A stretch of DNA of 64,000 nucleotides from Thermoplasmata archaeon (GTDB lineage Archaea > Thermoplasmatota > E2 > JACPAO01 > JAHFTW01). The DNA is taken from the NCBI GenBank assembly GCA_034667725.1, contig JAXDQS010000002.1, positions 64,001 to 128,000 on the forward strand. Direction: 5' to 3'. Below are positions 46,996 through 56,145 of the stretch, piece by piece. The notes beneath the pieces are model-generated. The model ran no database searches. It saw only the letters and a program-made list of their open reading frames with translations, and was not told where the DNA came from. Numbering within the stretch: position 1 is the first letter of the stretch; each line of letters opens with the position of its first letter. The position numbers and the translations under genes were made by a program.

Positions 46996-48385
46996 ACCGG
47001 TCGAGCACGGCCGCGCGCAGGTCGGACGCGACGTCGCCGCGGTCGGCGATGTCGGCGATCCAGACGGTGAGCACGACGTCCAGGGTGGGGCCGACGCGGG
47101 CGAACGCCACGTGGGGCTCCATCTCGCCGCCGTGCAGCACCTTCGGGTGGGCGTTGGCTGCCTCCAGCATGGCGTCGCGGCTCTTGGCGAAGCCGGAGGC
47201 GCTGGTGACGCTGGCCTCGACCTTGACCTTGCAGCGCCGGTCGGGCTTGACAAGGTTGACGACGCGGCGGCTGGCGAGCTGGTTGTTCGGGACGATGATC
47301 ATCTCATGGTTGCCCGGGTGGTAGAGGCGGGTGCTGCGGAGGCCGATGCGGCGCACGACGCAGGCCTCGCCCGACTCCAGGACGATGTCGTCGCCCTCGC
47401 GGAACGGCTGGTCGACCAGGAGGAAGATGCCGCCGAAGAAGTTGGACAGCGTGTCCTGGGCGGCGAACGCGATGACGGTGGTCACGAGAACGCCGCCGGC
47501 CGCGAAGTAGGTGAGGTCGATGCCGAAGGTGGAGATGGCGTAGAACAGGCCGCCGAGGACGATGAAGACGCCGCCGATCTTCTCCAGCACGGGCAAGAGG
47601 CGTTGGTCCACGCCGCGGCCGGTGCGCCCGGCGACCCGGCGGCCGTAGATCAAGAGGACTTCGTGCCACAGCCGGTACAGGATGTACACGACGCACGCCG
47701 CCACGAAGACGACGTAGAGCCGGTCGAGCAGGGCGAACAGCCAGTCGGGCAGGTCGAAGGCGCCGAGGCTCTGCTTGACACCGAAGGCGAACAGGATGGC
47801 AAACAGCGGGCCGCCGAGGATCGCCACGACGGCGTCGTCAGCGGTGGTGCGGGTGCGGCGGGTCGCGACGCGCAACAGCGGGCCGACGAGCACTCGCACG
47901 ACGTAGGCGATGGCGAGCCACGCCACGACGTCGAGCAGGAACACGCCGGCGACCCCGTCGAACGGCGCCGGCAGCGGGTTCTTCCAGGTGTCCAGCACCA
48001 AGGTGTGCCCGGTCGCCGCCACGGTCGCGGTCGCGCGCAGGGTAATGGCCTGCCCGTCGGTCACGGCCAGCACCTGCAGCGTCACCTCGACGCGCCGCGG
48101 CGTCGGATGCTCGGCCGCTTGCAGGCGCACCAGGAACGTGGTCGACTCGCCGCCCGCCAGCCGCGCCTCCGGCGGCGTCACGGTGGCGGTCCAGTCGCTG
48201 CCGGCCGGCAGCTCGACGGTGGCCAACGCCAGCGTGTCGTTGCGGCCGGGCTCCGTGCTGAAGGTCCATGCCAGCGTGGTCTCGCTGCCTGGCGCCGCCT
48301 CGGCGTCGGCCGGCGCGCGCAGCTCAAGGGCCGCGGCCGGGGCGGCCATGGCCAGCAGCACGGCAAGCAGCAGCAGGGTGCGCAC
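46943..48385 (-). CDS. MscS-family mechanosensitive channel with N-terminal extracellular Ig-like domain
   Basis: AFAAQDTLSNFFGG, DQPFREGD, IGLRSTR, IVPNNQL. Confidence 0.92.
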   Translation of the reverse strand: MRTLLLLAVLLAMAAPAAALELRAPADAEAAPGSETTLAWTFSTEPGRNDTLALATVELPAGSDWTATVTPPEARLAGGESTTFLVRLQAAEHPTPRRVEVTLQVLAVTDGQAITLRATATVAATGHTLVLDTWKNPLPAPFDGVAGVFLLDVVAWLAIAYVVRVLVGPLLRVATRRTRTTADDAVVAILGGPLFAILFAFGVKQSLGAFDLPDWLFALLDRLYVVFVAACVVYILYRLWHEVLLIYGRRVAGRTGRGVDQRLLPVLEKIGGVFIVLGGLFYAISTFGIDLTYFAAGGVLVTTVIAFAAQDTLSNFFGGIFLLVDQPFREGDDIVLESGEACVVRRIGLRSTRLYHPGNHEMIIVPNNQLASRRVVNLVKPDRRCKVKVEASVTSASGFAKSRDAMLEAANAHPKVLHGGEMEPHVAFARVGPTLDVVLTVWIADIADRGDVASDLRAAVLDRFSRHGVELPPPMLAPVR

Positions 48386-48408
48386 GGCGGAGCCAAGGCG
48401 CAGGCGGC

Positions 48409-49065
48409 TTAGGCCTTCTGCACGGGTTCACACCGGCCGTCCACGAGGCGCCAGGCGCGGTCGGCCAGCCGCGCCGCCTCATCCTCGTCGTGCGTGACCC
48501 AGAGGGCCGCGACCTTGCGCTCCGCCAAGATGCGCTTGACCTCGTCGCCGAGCGCCTGCCGCAGCGGCCGGTCGAGGCTCGCCAGCGGCTCGTCCAGCAG
48601 CAGCGCGCGCGGCCGGGCGGCCAGCGCACGGGCGAGGGCGACGCGCGACCGCTGGCCGCCCGACAGCTCGTCGACGCGGGCGCCGGCCTTGTCCGCGAGG
48701 CCGACGGTGTCCAGGAGGCGGCGGACCTCGGCGGCGCGGTCACGGCGCGGCACGCCGGCGTACGGCATCGGGAAGCCGACGTTGCCCGCGACCGTGAGGT
48801 GCGGGAACAGCGCAGGTTCCTGGAACATCAGGCCGATGCGGCGCCGGTGGGCGGGCAGGGCGGTGACGTCGGCGCCGTCGAGCAGGACCTGGCCGGCGTC
48901 GGGGTGCTCCAGGCCGGCGAGCAGGCGCAAGAGGGTGGACTTGCCAGAGCCGCTGGGGCCCAGGAGGAAGCCGGACTCGCCGGCGGGGACCTCCAGGCTT
49001 GCGCTGTCGAGGGTCGGCGGCCAGCCGGGATAGGTGAAGCGCAGCCCCACGGCGCGCAGGCTCAT
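48409..49065 (-). CDS. thiQ: ABC transporter ATP-binding subunit (thiamine)
   Basis: GPSGSGKST, LFPHLTV, LSGGQ, LLLDEP; operon context. Confidence 0.88.
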   Translation of the reverse strand: MSLRAVGLRFTYPGWPPTLDSASLEVPAGESGFLLGPSGSGKSTLLRLLAGLEHPDAGQVLLDGADVTALPAHRRRIGLMFQEPALFPHLTVAGNVGFPMPYAGVPRRDRAAEVRRLLDTVGLADKAGARVDELSGGQRSRVALARALAARPRALLLDEPLASLDRPLRQALGDEVKRILAERKVAALWVTHDEDEAARLADRAWRLVDGRCEPVQKA

Positions 49066-50609
49066 GCGTTCGGCCTCCGCGGCAGGGCGGCGCGCTCGAC
49101 GGCAACGAGGGCCAAGGCGGCGAGGACGGCGAGCAGGCCGGCGAGCGCGACGGCGCGGGCGTGCAGCAGCGGGTCGAACGGGCCGTCGAGGCGGGCGATC
49201 CACAGGCCGAGGCCGGCGGTGTCGGTGGTGGCCAGCATGACGCTGGCGCCGAAGTCGCCCAGGCTCAGGGTCATGCTGAAGCCCGCGGCGGCCGCGAGCG
49301 GGCGGGCCAGCAACGGCAGATGCAGGCGGGCCGCTATGGAGCGCGGCGGGGCGCCGAGGGTGGCGGCGGCCTGCTCCAGCCGGAGGTCGCGCGCGTCCCA
49401 GGCGGGCAGCAGCGCGCGCGCCACGAACGGGAACACGACGACGGTGTGCGCGAGCAGCAGGATCCAAAGGGTCCCGGTGATGGGCAGCGGACTGGAGCGG
49501 CCGAAGGCGAGCAGGAAGCCGAGGCCGACGAGGATCGGACTGGCCGCCATCGGCAGGCTGGCGGTGGCCTCCGCGGCGCGGCGCAGCCAGGTCGGCAAGC
49601 TGCGGGCGCCGTAGGCGATGCACGCGCACAGCAGCAGGGCAAGGGCGGTGCTGCCGACGGCGTAGAGCAGGCTCACGCCGACGGCGTTGCCGAGGTCGAA
49701 CCCGCCGGGGCTTTCGAGGAGGGCTTGCCAGGGAGCGAGGCTCCACGCGCCGCGCAGCCGGAAGCCGCCCACCAGGACGGCGGCGAGGGGGGCCAGCAGC
49801 AGCAGGGTCGCGCCCCAGGTCAAGGCCGTGGCGACGAATGCGCGCGGGCGGGGCCGGGCGGGCTCGGCGGGCAGCGGCCGGCGGCGCAGCAGCAGGGCGC
49901 CCAGCAGCAGCACGGCGTTGCAGGCCAGTTGCAGCAGGCCGAGCGCGGCGGCACGGGCCGGGTCCGGGTCGAGTCCTACCTGGGCCGACAGCACGGTCTC
50001 CAGCGTGCGCACCTTGTCGGCGCCCAACAGCAGCACCGTGCCGTAGCTGCTGAAGGTGAACAGGAACACCAGCAGCGCGATGGCGGCGACGCCGGGGGCC
50101 AAGAGCGGCAGCGCGACGCGGCGGCGGGCCTGGGCGGGGCTGGCGCCGAGGACCTGGGCGGCTTCTTCGAGGCGGCGCGGGCGGGCGTCGAGCTGGGCCG
50201 CGAGCATCCGCGCCGTGAAGCCGGCGTTGTAGTAGGCGTGCGCGACCACGACGGCGCCGAGCGCCCCGCCCGCCGCGAGCAGCTGCGGGACGGTGAGCTG
50301 GAGGCCGAACACCACCACGAACACCGGCATCACGAACGGGGCGGCCAGCAGGGCGAGCTGGAGCCGCGGCGCCCGGATGGCGTGGCGGTGGTGCAGCCAG
50401 GCAAGCGGGACGGCGACGGCGAACGCGAGCAGCGTGCTCAGGATGGCCTGCCAGGCCGCGACCCGCAGCGTGGCCTGGACGTAGGGGCCGGCCAGCCAGT
50501 CGAGGGCGTCGGGGGCGAGCCCGTGCCCGAGCAGGCCGGCCAACGGCCAGACCGCAAGGACGGCGAGCGCGAGGGCCGGGACCGCGAGCAGCAGCCGAGT
50601 CCGCCGCAT
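49062..50609 (-). CDS. thiP: ABC transporter permease, duplicated (thiamine)
   Basis: Two EAA loops (LEEAAQVLGA, LEQAAATLGA). Confidence 0.85.
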   Translation of the reverse strand: MRRTRLLLAVPALALAVLAVWPLAGLLGHGLAPDALDWLAGPYVQATLRVAAWQAILSTLLAFAVAVPLAWLHHRHAIRAPRLQLALLAAPFVMPVFVVVFGLQLTVPQLLAAGGALGAVVVAHAYYNAGFTARMLAAQLDARPRRLEEAAQVLGASPAQARRRVALPLLAPGVAAIALLVFLFTFSSYGTVLLLGADKVRTLETVLSAQVGLDPDPARAAALGLLQLACNAVLLLGALLLRRRPLPAEPARPRPRAFVATALTWGATLLLLAPLAAVLVGGFRLRGAWSLAPWQALLESPGGFDLGNAVGVSLLYAVGSTALALLLCACIAYGARSLPTWLRRAAEATASLPMAASPILVGLGFLLAFGRSSPLPITGTLWILLLAHTVVVFPFVARALLPAWDARDLRLEQAAATLGAPPRSIAARLHLPLLARPLAAAAGFSMTLSLGDFGASVMLATTDTAGLGLWIARLDGPFDPLLHARAVALAGLLAVLAALALVAVERAALPRRPNA

Positions 50610-50613
50610 CCGG

Positions 50614-51813
50614 CTACAGCCTGCAGTTGAGGGCGGTGTCCTCGTAGAGGGCGGTCCACTCCTTCAGCCAGCGCTCCAGGTTGGCGTCGATGGTGGCGCG
50701 CTGGATGCGGGCGGGGCGGAAGCTGCCGGGGCTGGGGTCCACGCCCTTGTAGGTGGACGCGACCTCGATGCCCTCGACCACGGGATAGACGGCGTCGTGC
50801 GGGGCGGCCAGCTCCTGGAAGAAGTCGGTGAGCGTGAACTCGATCCACGCCTGCGCCGCCGGGCGGTTGTCGGTGCCCTTGACGATGGCCATGGTCTGGA
50901 TCTGGTGCCAGGTGGCGTTGTCCTCGAGGACGACGGTGGCGAGGTCGTCGCGCTCGCGGCCGTAGAAGTGCTCGTAGGCGGGCGACTCGGTGTACGAGGT
51001 CACGATGGGGTAGTCGCCGGCGCCGCCGTTGGAGGGGCCGTAGCCGCCGCTGAAGTGCTGCTCGTAGGCCGAGGTCCAGTCGGGGGTCACGAGGACGCAG
51101 CCGGCGACGTCGCCGTCCTGGTCGCGGTCGGTGTCGCGGCCGGTGAACAGGTCGCGCCAGTAGGACTTCCAGGAGTAGGCGCCGGGGCTGCCGGGCTGCT
51201 CCTCGCCGTACTTGGCGACGGTGACGAGCAGGAACGCCAGGCCGGGGCTCGACGTGCGCGGGTCCTGGGTCACGAACTTCTCGGCGTGGGCGCGCACCTC
51301 GGCCAGCGTGTTGACGCCGGGCGCCCCGGCCTCGTCCACGTTGATGGCGACGTAGCCGTGGTCGACGGGGGTGGCGTAGCCGGTGGTGTCGAAGCGGTAG
51401 GCGGGCGCGACCCGGTTGGCCATCTGGGCCGTGTAGCGCTCCAGCACGCCCAGGCGGATGGCGCGGCCCAGCAGCGCGTTGTCGATGCCATAGATGACGT
51501 CGTACTGCCCTGGGGACGCGGTGGTGAGCTTGTTGAGGGCGCGGCCGGCGTCCTCGCCTTCCTCGCGCTTGACCTCGACGCCGGTCAGCAGCTCGAACTG
51601 GCGGGCGGCCGCGGTGAAGGCATCGTCCGCGAACGCGCCGTTGTCCAGGATGGTGATGGTGCCGTTCAGCCGGGGCCAGCCGTCGGCGTCGCGGCCGGTG
51701 CCGTCCTTGCGGAAGCGCTCGAAGTCGGCAAGCGAGCCGGGCTCGGGCGTGGGCGTGTTGCAGCCGGCCAAGGTGGTCAGCAGGAGCAGGGCGGTCAGGG
51801 CGAGGGCTTTCAT
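50614..51813 (-). CDS. thiB: Thiamine ABC transporter substrate-binding lipoprotein
   Basis: LAGC lipobox; GIDN, DPRTSSPGLAFL, WTSAY, SYTESPAY. Confidence 0.88.
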   Translation of the reverse strand: MKALALTALLLLTTLAGCNTPTPEPGSLADFERFRKDGTGRDADGWPRLNGTITILDNGAFADDAFTAAARQFELLTGVEVKREEGEDAGRALNKLTTASPGQYDVIYGIDNALLGRAIRLGVLERYTAQMANRVAPAYRFDTTGYATPVDHGYVAINVDEAGAPGVNTLAEVRAHAEKFVTQDPRTSSPGLAFLLVTVAKYGEEQPGSPGAYSWKSYWRDLFTGRDTDRDQDGDVAGCVLVTPDWTSAYEQHFSGGYGPSNGGAGDYPIVTSYTESPAYEHFYGRERDDLATVVLEDNATWHQIQTMAIVKGTDNRPAAQAWIEFTLTDFFQELAAPHDAVYPVVEGIEVASTYKGVDPSPGSFRPARIQRATIDANLERWLKEWTALYEDTALNCRL

Positions 51814-52619
51814 GGGTTCACCAAACGTTCGTGCAGCTTGAGGATGGCGCCCGCCGCCGCACGGGCGTCGCGGGCCGGGATGTAGAGGCAGGGCTCGATG
51901 CCGACGGCACCCGGGTCGTGCAGCGCCTGCGCCAGCGGCGCGCGGCAGGCCCGCCGGAAGGCGGCCTCCGCGTCGCCGTCGCGGTCGGCGGTGTCGCGCT
52001 CCAGCGCGGCCACCGCCCAGCCCAGCCGCCGCGCGGCGGACGCGACGTCCGCGCCGCCGCGGACGCTGGCGAGCGCGTGCAGGCCTGCGCCGCCCTCCTG
52101 CGCCCGGAGGGCGAGGAGGCAGCGGGCGAGGTGGCCGGAGGCGCCGAAGGCGGGCGGCGCGGGGCTGACGACCCGCCCGCCGGCCTCGACCAGGCGGCCG
52201 GGGAAGCTTGCGACCGCGGCCGGGCCGTCGGCGTCGGGGCGGGCGCGGGCGACGTTGAGGCCGATCTGGGGCATGAGCCGCAGCGGCGGGTCGGCCAGCA
52301 GCAGGCGCTCGGCGGCCAGCAGGTCCTGGAGGGCGTCGGCGCCGGCGCCGGGACGGACGAGCGCGATGGTGTCGCAGGAGGTGGCGGCGCCGGATCCGGG
52401 CTGCTTCAGCTCGGCCACCAGCTCGTCGGCGAGGCGGCGGACCAGCGGGTCGTCGGCCGGCGCGGGGGCGGCCAGGTGCCGGGAGACCATGGCTTGGCTC
52501 AAGCCCAAGGCCTGGGCGATGCGGGCCTGGCTCCAGCCGGCGGCCGCGAGGTGGTGGGCTGCCGCTGCCCGCACGCGCGGGAACACCGCGTCGGCGAGGT
52601 GGAAGCAGGCGGGCAGCAC
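51810..52619 (-). CDS. ThiR-like regulator (HTH plus ThiN thiamine-phosphate-binding domain)
   Basis: GWSQARIAQALGLSQAMVSRHL; PQIGLN, FPGRL, PAFGASGHLA, DPGAVGIEP; heads the thiBPQ operon. Confidence 0.85.
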   Translation of the reverse strand: MLPACFHLADAVFPRVRAAAAHHLAAAGWSQARIAQALGLSQAMVSRHLAAPAPADDPLVRRLADELVAELKQPGSGAATSCDTIALVRPGAGADALQDLLAAERLLLADPPLRLMPQIGLNVARARPDADGPAAVASFPGRLVEAGGRVVSPAPPAFGASGHLARCLLALRAQEGGAGLHALASVRGGADVASAARRLGWAVAALERDTADRDGDAEAAFRRACRAPLAQALHDPGAVGIEPCLYIPARDARAAAGAILKLHERLVNP

Positions 52620-52684
52620 GCGGGCGGCGAGCGGGTCGCCCTATAATTGCCGAATGGCGGGGAATGAGTCGGTAATAACCGGGC

Positions 52685-53548
52685 TCAGGCGGCCACGGCG
52701 GCCGGCTGGGGCGCGGTGGGGGCGACCAGGCCCTTCATGCTGTCCACGGCGCGGCGGCCAAGGGGGGTCGCGATGTAGGCGCCGCCGTCGATGGGCAGCT
52801 CCTCGACCAGGCCGAACTCCACCAGCTTCCGCAGGTGCCAGCGGGCGGTGCCGACGTGCAGGCCAAGCTCGTGGGCCAGCTTCGAGGCGGATTGGCCGGA
52901 CTGGAGCGCGATGCGCTCGAACAGCTGGCGGGCGTTGTCGTTCTGGAGGGCCGCGGTGGCGCGGCTGACCTTCTTGACCTCGATGCCGCCCTCGGTCGGG
53001 TAGAACACGCGGTAGCCGTTGGCACGCTCGGAATGCACCAGCTCGGCGGACTCCAGCTTGCGGATGTGCCACAGGATGCTGGAGGTCTTCATCGCGAACT
53101 CCTCGCTGAGCTTCTTGAGGTGGACGCCCGGGTTGCCCTTGATGAAGCCGTAGAGCATCGCGCGCTGCGGGTTCTTGAGCGCCTCCTTGGGGCTGATGTA
53201 GCGGGTAACAAGGCCGAAGGCGGTGACGCCCAGGCCGGCGACGGAAAGGGTGACGAGGCTCGCCATGGCGGAGTCGTCGCGGAACGCGGCGCGCACCTGG
53301 TCGGCCCAGCCGCCGTCGTCGCCCTTGCCGGGGTCCGTCACGGGCGGGGCCTCCTCCTCGGGCTCCTGGGGGAACAGCAGCGGGTTTGCCGCCTGGCCGG
53401 GGTCCTGGACCGCGGCGTTGGGGTCGTTGGCGACCGTGACGACGACCGTGTGCGCGCCATCCACGATCTGGTCCGGCGACGTGCCGCCCGCGGACACCGC
53501 GGCAGCCACCGCAAGGAGGGACGCGAGGAGTGCGACCAAGACGCGCAT
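52685..53548 (-). CDS. Membrane-anchored tandem winged-helix regulator
   Basis: Signal peptide, short acidic ectodomain, TM, then NPGVH...WHIRKLE and ARWHLRKLVEFGLV wHTH units. Confidence 0.85.
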   Translation of the reverse strand: MRVLVALLASLLAVAAAVSAGGTSPDQIVDGAHTVVVTVANDPNAAVQDPGQAANPLLFPQEPEEEAPPVTDPGKGDDGGWADQVRAAFRDDSAMASLVTLSVAGLGVTAFGLVTRYISPKEALKNPQRAMLYGFIKGNPGVHLKKLSEEFAMKTSSILWHIRKLESAELVHSERANGYRVFYPTEGGIEVKKVSRATAALQNDNARQLFERIALQSGQSASKLAHELGLHVGTARWHLRKLVEFGLVEELPIDGGAYIATPLGRRAVDSMKGLVAPTAPQPAAVAA

Positions 53549-53577
53549 ACGGTGCCAAAGTCCCCGGGTGGCGTTAT

Positions 53578-54273
53578 CTACGTTGTGGAGGGGGCCTCGC
53601 GGTCCGGTGGGCCCAGCCCGGTGGCCGTGATGCGGAACTTCTCGGAGCGGCCGTCCTCGATGCTGCGGTGCTTGATGACGGTGGCCCGGCGGGTGCCGTC
53701 GGGGCGCTTCTCGAACCGCACCAAGGCCTTGACCAAGTGCTCCATGACGCGGCGGGCGAACGGCTGGGTCGCGTCCTCGCCGCCGTAGACCTGGCCGGTG
53801 ACCAGGACGGGGACGTGCTGCTGGCGGGCGAAGCCGCTGAGGTGGTGCAGCTGCTTGTAGAGGCTGCGGGCGGCGTCCTTCTCCGCGTCCCCGCCGGCGT
53901 CGATGTGGAGGCGGTAGTGCATGTTGATGGAGTCCACCACGATCAAGCCCAGATCCGGGACCCGGATGGCGTTGGTCACCAGCCGCTCCTGCTCGTCGAT
54001 GGTGTACGGCGTGAAGAACAGGATGCGGCCCAAGAGCTCCTCCAGCTCGGCGCCCTCGTGAGGGGCGAACACCTGGCGCAGGCGGACCATGCTGACGCCC
54101 TCGGTGTCCACATAGGCGATGCGCTTGCCCTGCAAGGCGGCCTCGCGCGCGCACTGGAGCGCCAGGTTGGTCTTGCCGGATCCGCCCTCCCCGAAGACCA
54201 AGGTGATGGCGTCGCGCTCCAGGCCGCCGTCGAGGAGGTGGTCCAGGGGCGAGGCGGTCGCCAGGTACTCCAC
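53578..54273 (-). CDS. radB: DNA repair/recombination protein RadB
   Basis: GEGGSGKTN, YVDTEG, IVVDS, diagnostic C-terminal KHR; no N-terminal RadA domain. Confidence 0.93.
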   Translation of the reverse strand: MEYLATASPLDHLLDGGLERDAITLVFGEGGSGKTNLALQCAREAALQGKRIAYVDTEGVSMVRLRQVFAPHEGAELEELLGRILFFTPYTIDEQERLVTNAIRVPDLGLIVVDSINMHYRLHIDAGGDAEKDAARSLYKQLHHLSGFARQQHVPVLVTGQVYGGEDATQPFARRVMEHLVKALVRFEKRPDGTRRATVIKHRSIEDGRSEKFRITATGLGPPDREAPSTT

Positions 54274-54368
54274 GCGGCGCGCAAGGCGGGCGGCGGGCTA
54301 AAGCCGATGGGACGGGCGTTCTCCTGCCCTACAATCCACCGAACGCACTCCACCCACCGAAAACGAAG

Positions 54369-55604
54369 TCAGAGCCGCAGGGCCTCAAGCTCGGCCGGAT
54401 GCACGTGCCGCGCCTTGGTCGCGATGAAGCCCCGCTTGGCGTCGGGGTCGGCCTCGGCGGCGACCACGATCGCCGCGTCGGCCTCCAGCGCCCGGGCGGC
54501 GGCCAGCACCTGCGCGGCCACGGCGGCGTCCAGCCGGGCGGGGGCGTAGCCCAGCACCCGCTGGGGGTAGGCGCCGGCCCGCTCGCCGGCCAAGTCCACT
54601 TGGAAATACCCCGTCGGGGGCTGCACCAGGACGTCGTAGCCGCACCGCTCCAGCGCCGCCTTGAGGGCGGCCAGCTCGGGGCGGGCGAGGATCGGCTTCG
54701 GGGCTTCGACGGCCACGGCCGGGGTCGGGGCCGCCTCCAGGGGCGGCAGGCCGAGCTCGGCGCGCTCGGCAGGGTTGCACACCGGTGGCAGCGCGTCGAG
54801 GTGCGCCAGCATCGCCTCGCGGTCGTCGCCCAGCGCCAGGTCGCGCAGCCGCCGCAGCGGCGCGGTGGCGATGCGCTGGGGAGGGCCGTCGGGGATGGAG
54901 GTTGGCGGGGCGCGCGACCGGGTTGGTGGAGGGGAAGCCAAGGGGTCCGGGACCGGCCGCAGGGCGTGCTCCTTGGCCACGATCTCGGCGGCAAGGCGGC
55001 GGCGCTCCTCCTGCTCGCGGTGGCGGGCGGCGAGGTCCTGGAAGAACAGGTCGGCGTCGATGCGCACCTCGTCCTTGTCGGCGATGACGTAGACGGCGCG
55101 CACGTCGCTGTAGGGCTTGCTGCCGGACTGGGGGGCGATCGCGGCCGTCGGGCCCAGCAGGTCGGCCTCCTCCAGCTGCTGGACGCTGGCGCAGGGGACG
55201 CGGACGGCCATGCGCACGAGCTTGCGGGGGTCCTCGGCGGCCTTCCAGAGGCGGTGCTCGCCCGGCTTCAATTCGGCGCGCAGGCGGGCGCACTGGATTC
55301 GGTCGAACTGGACGCGGGCGGCCATGAGGTCCTGCAGCGGCGTGACCGGGACCATGTGCGTGGAGCGGTGGCCCACGAGCAGCAGGTTGGAGGTGCCGGC
55401 GACGTCGGCGGGCGCCAGGACTTGGACGGCCTCCTCGAGGTCGTTGACGATGTCGGGCTCGTCGCGGGGGACGCGGACGACGAGGATGCGGTGGCCGTCC
55501 TGCTCCCACAGGTGCGAGCCGTAGCGGGGCTCCAGCTGGTCCTTGAGGCGGGCCAGCTCGACGCCGGGCAACGGGAGCGGCTGGGTCCGGCGGGTGGTCG
55601 GCAT
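54369..55604 (-). CDS. Hypothetical protein with coiled coil and C-terminal degenerate Mrr/REase-like domain
   Basis: 'LERCGYDV...QVDLAGER...ADAAIVVA'; lacks (E/Q)xK. Confidence 0.6.
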   Translation of the reverse strand: MPTTRRTQPLPLPGVELARLKDQLEPRYGSHLWEQDGHRILVVRVPRDEPDIVNDLEEAVQVLAPADVAGTSNLLLVGHRSTHMVPVTPLQDLMAARVQFDRIQCARLRAELKPGEHRLWKAAEDPRKLVRMAVRVPCASVQQLEEADLLGPTAAIAPQSGSKPYSDVRAVYVIADKDEVRIDADLFFQDLAARHREQEERRRLAAEIVAKEHALRPVPDPLASPPPTRSRAPPTSIPDGPPQRIATAPLRRLRDLALGDDREAMLAHLDALPPVCNPAERAELGLPPLEAAPTPAVAVEAPKPILARPELAALKAALERCGYDVLVQPPTGYFQVDLAGERAGAYPQRVLGYAPARLDAAVAAQVLAAARALEADAAIVVAAEADPDAKRGFIATKARHVHPAELEALRL

Positions 55605-55685
55605 GGCAGGTTCTTCAGCAACGGCCTGAGGAAAACGGTTGCCAATTCGCCTTGCCGCCAGCGGAGGGCTTCGCCCCGCGGCGGG

Positions 55686-55769
55686 ACCACGGATTGCACG
55701 GATGCCACGGATCACGAAGCATGGTCAACATGCGAGTCCATCATCCGTGCAATCCGTGTCATCCGTGGT
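55686..55769. repeat. Inverted repeat built from 3+3 nine-bp CACGGAT units
   Basis: ACCACGGATTGCACGGATGCCACGGAT (55686-55712) and ATCCGTGCAATCCGTGTCATCCGTGGT (55743-55769). Confidence 0.9.
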
Positions 55770-55810
55770 TTGGCAGCGGATGAAAAAGAACCAAAACCGA
55801 GCCCGCCAGA

Positions 55811-56010
55811 CCCCCGCCCCCTCATTTCGCCTGGACTGTCGCCAATGCTGGATGGATGGTTTTTCTTCCTTCCTTTGGAGTCAACAGTCTCCGCTGGTTC
55901 GAATCCTTCTGTCAAGATAAGGTTTGGGAGAAGAACGGCGGCGAGGCGAACCCAACGGAACCAATCCGCCGAAGGAAACGCCTTCCATGCGAACCCAAGG
56001 GGTGGGGGGT
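55811..56010. promoter_or_regulatory. Candidate replication origin: inverted ORB-like boxes around an AT-richer spacer
   Basis: Minus: GTCCAGGCGAAATGAGGGGGCGGGGG, CTCCAAAGGAAG, CCAGCGGAGAC; plus: CCAACGGAAC, TTCCATGCGAACCCAAGGGGTGGGGGG. Confidence 0.5.
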
Positions 56011-56145
56011 GCCCAGAATCCAAGGGCCATTCATCGACTCAAGCCGGCGGGTCCACGGGCAATCGTCCAAACGCCCGTCCAAAGCCCCAGCCCGACGCCC
56101 ACGGCCCTGGGTTCCTTTGACGACACGCCCAGCCTGTCCCCCATC

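Noticed and set aside
55890-55910. GGTTCGAATCC, a tRNA T-loop-like motif
   Set aside because: The T-stem pairs for only 2 bp, and no acceptor, D or anticodon arms can be built.
55712-56023. 103-aa minus-strand ORF in the AT-richer gap
   Set aside because: Non-host codon usage; it runs through the inverted repeat and ORB-like boxes, so it is more likely non-coding.
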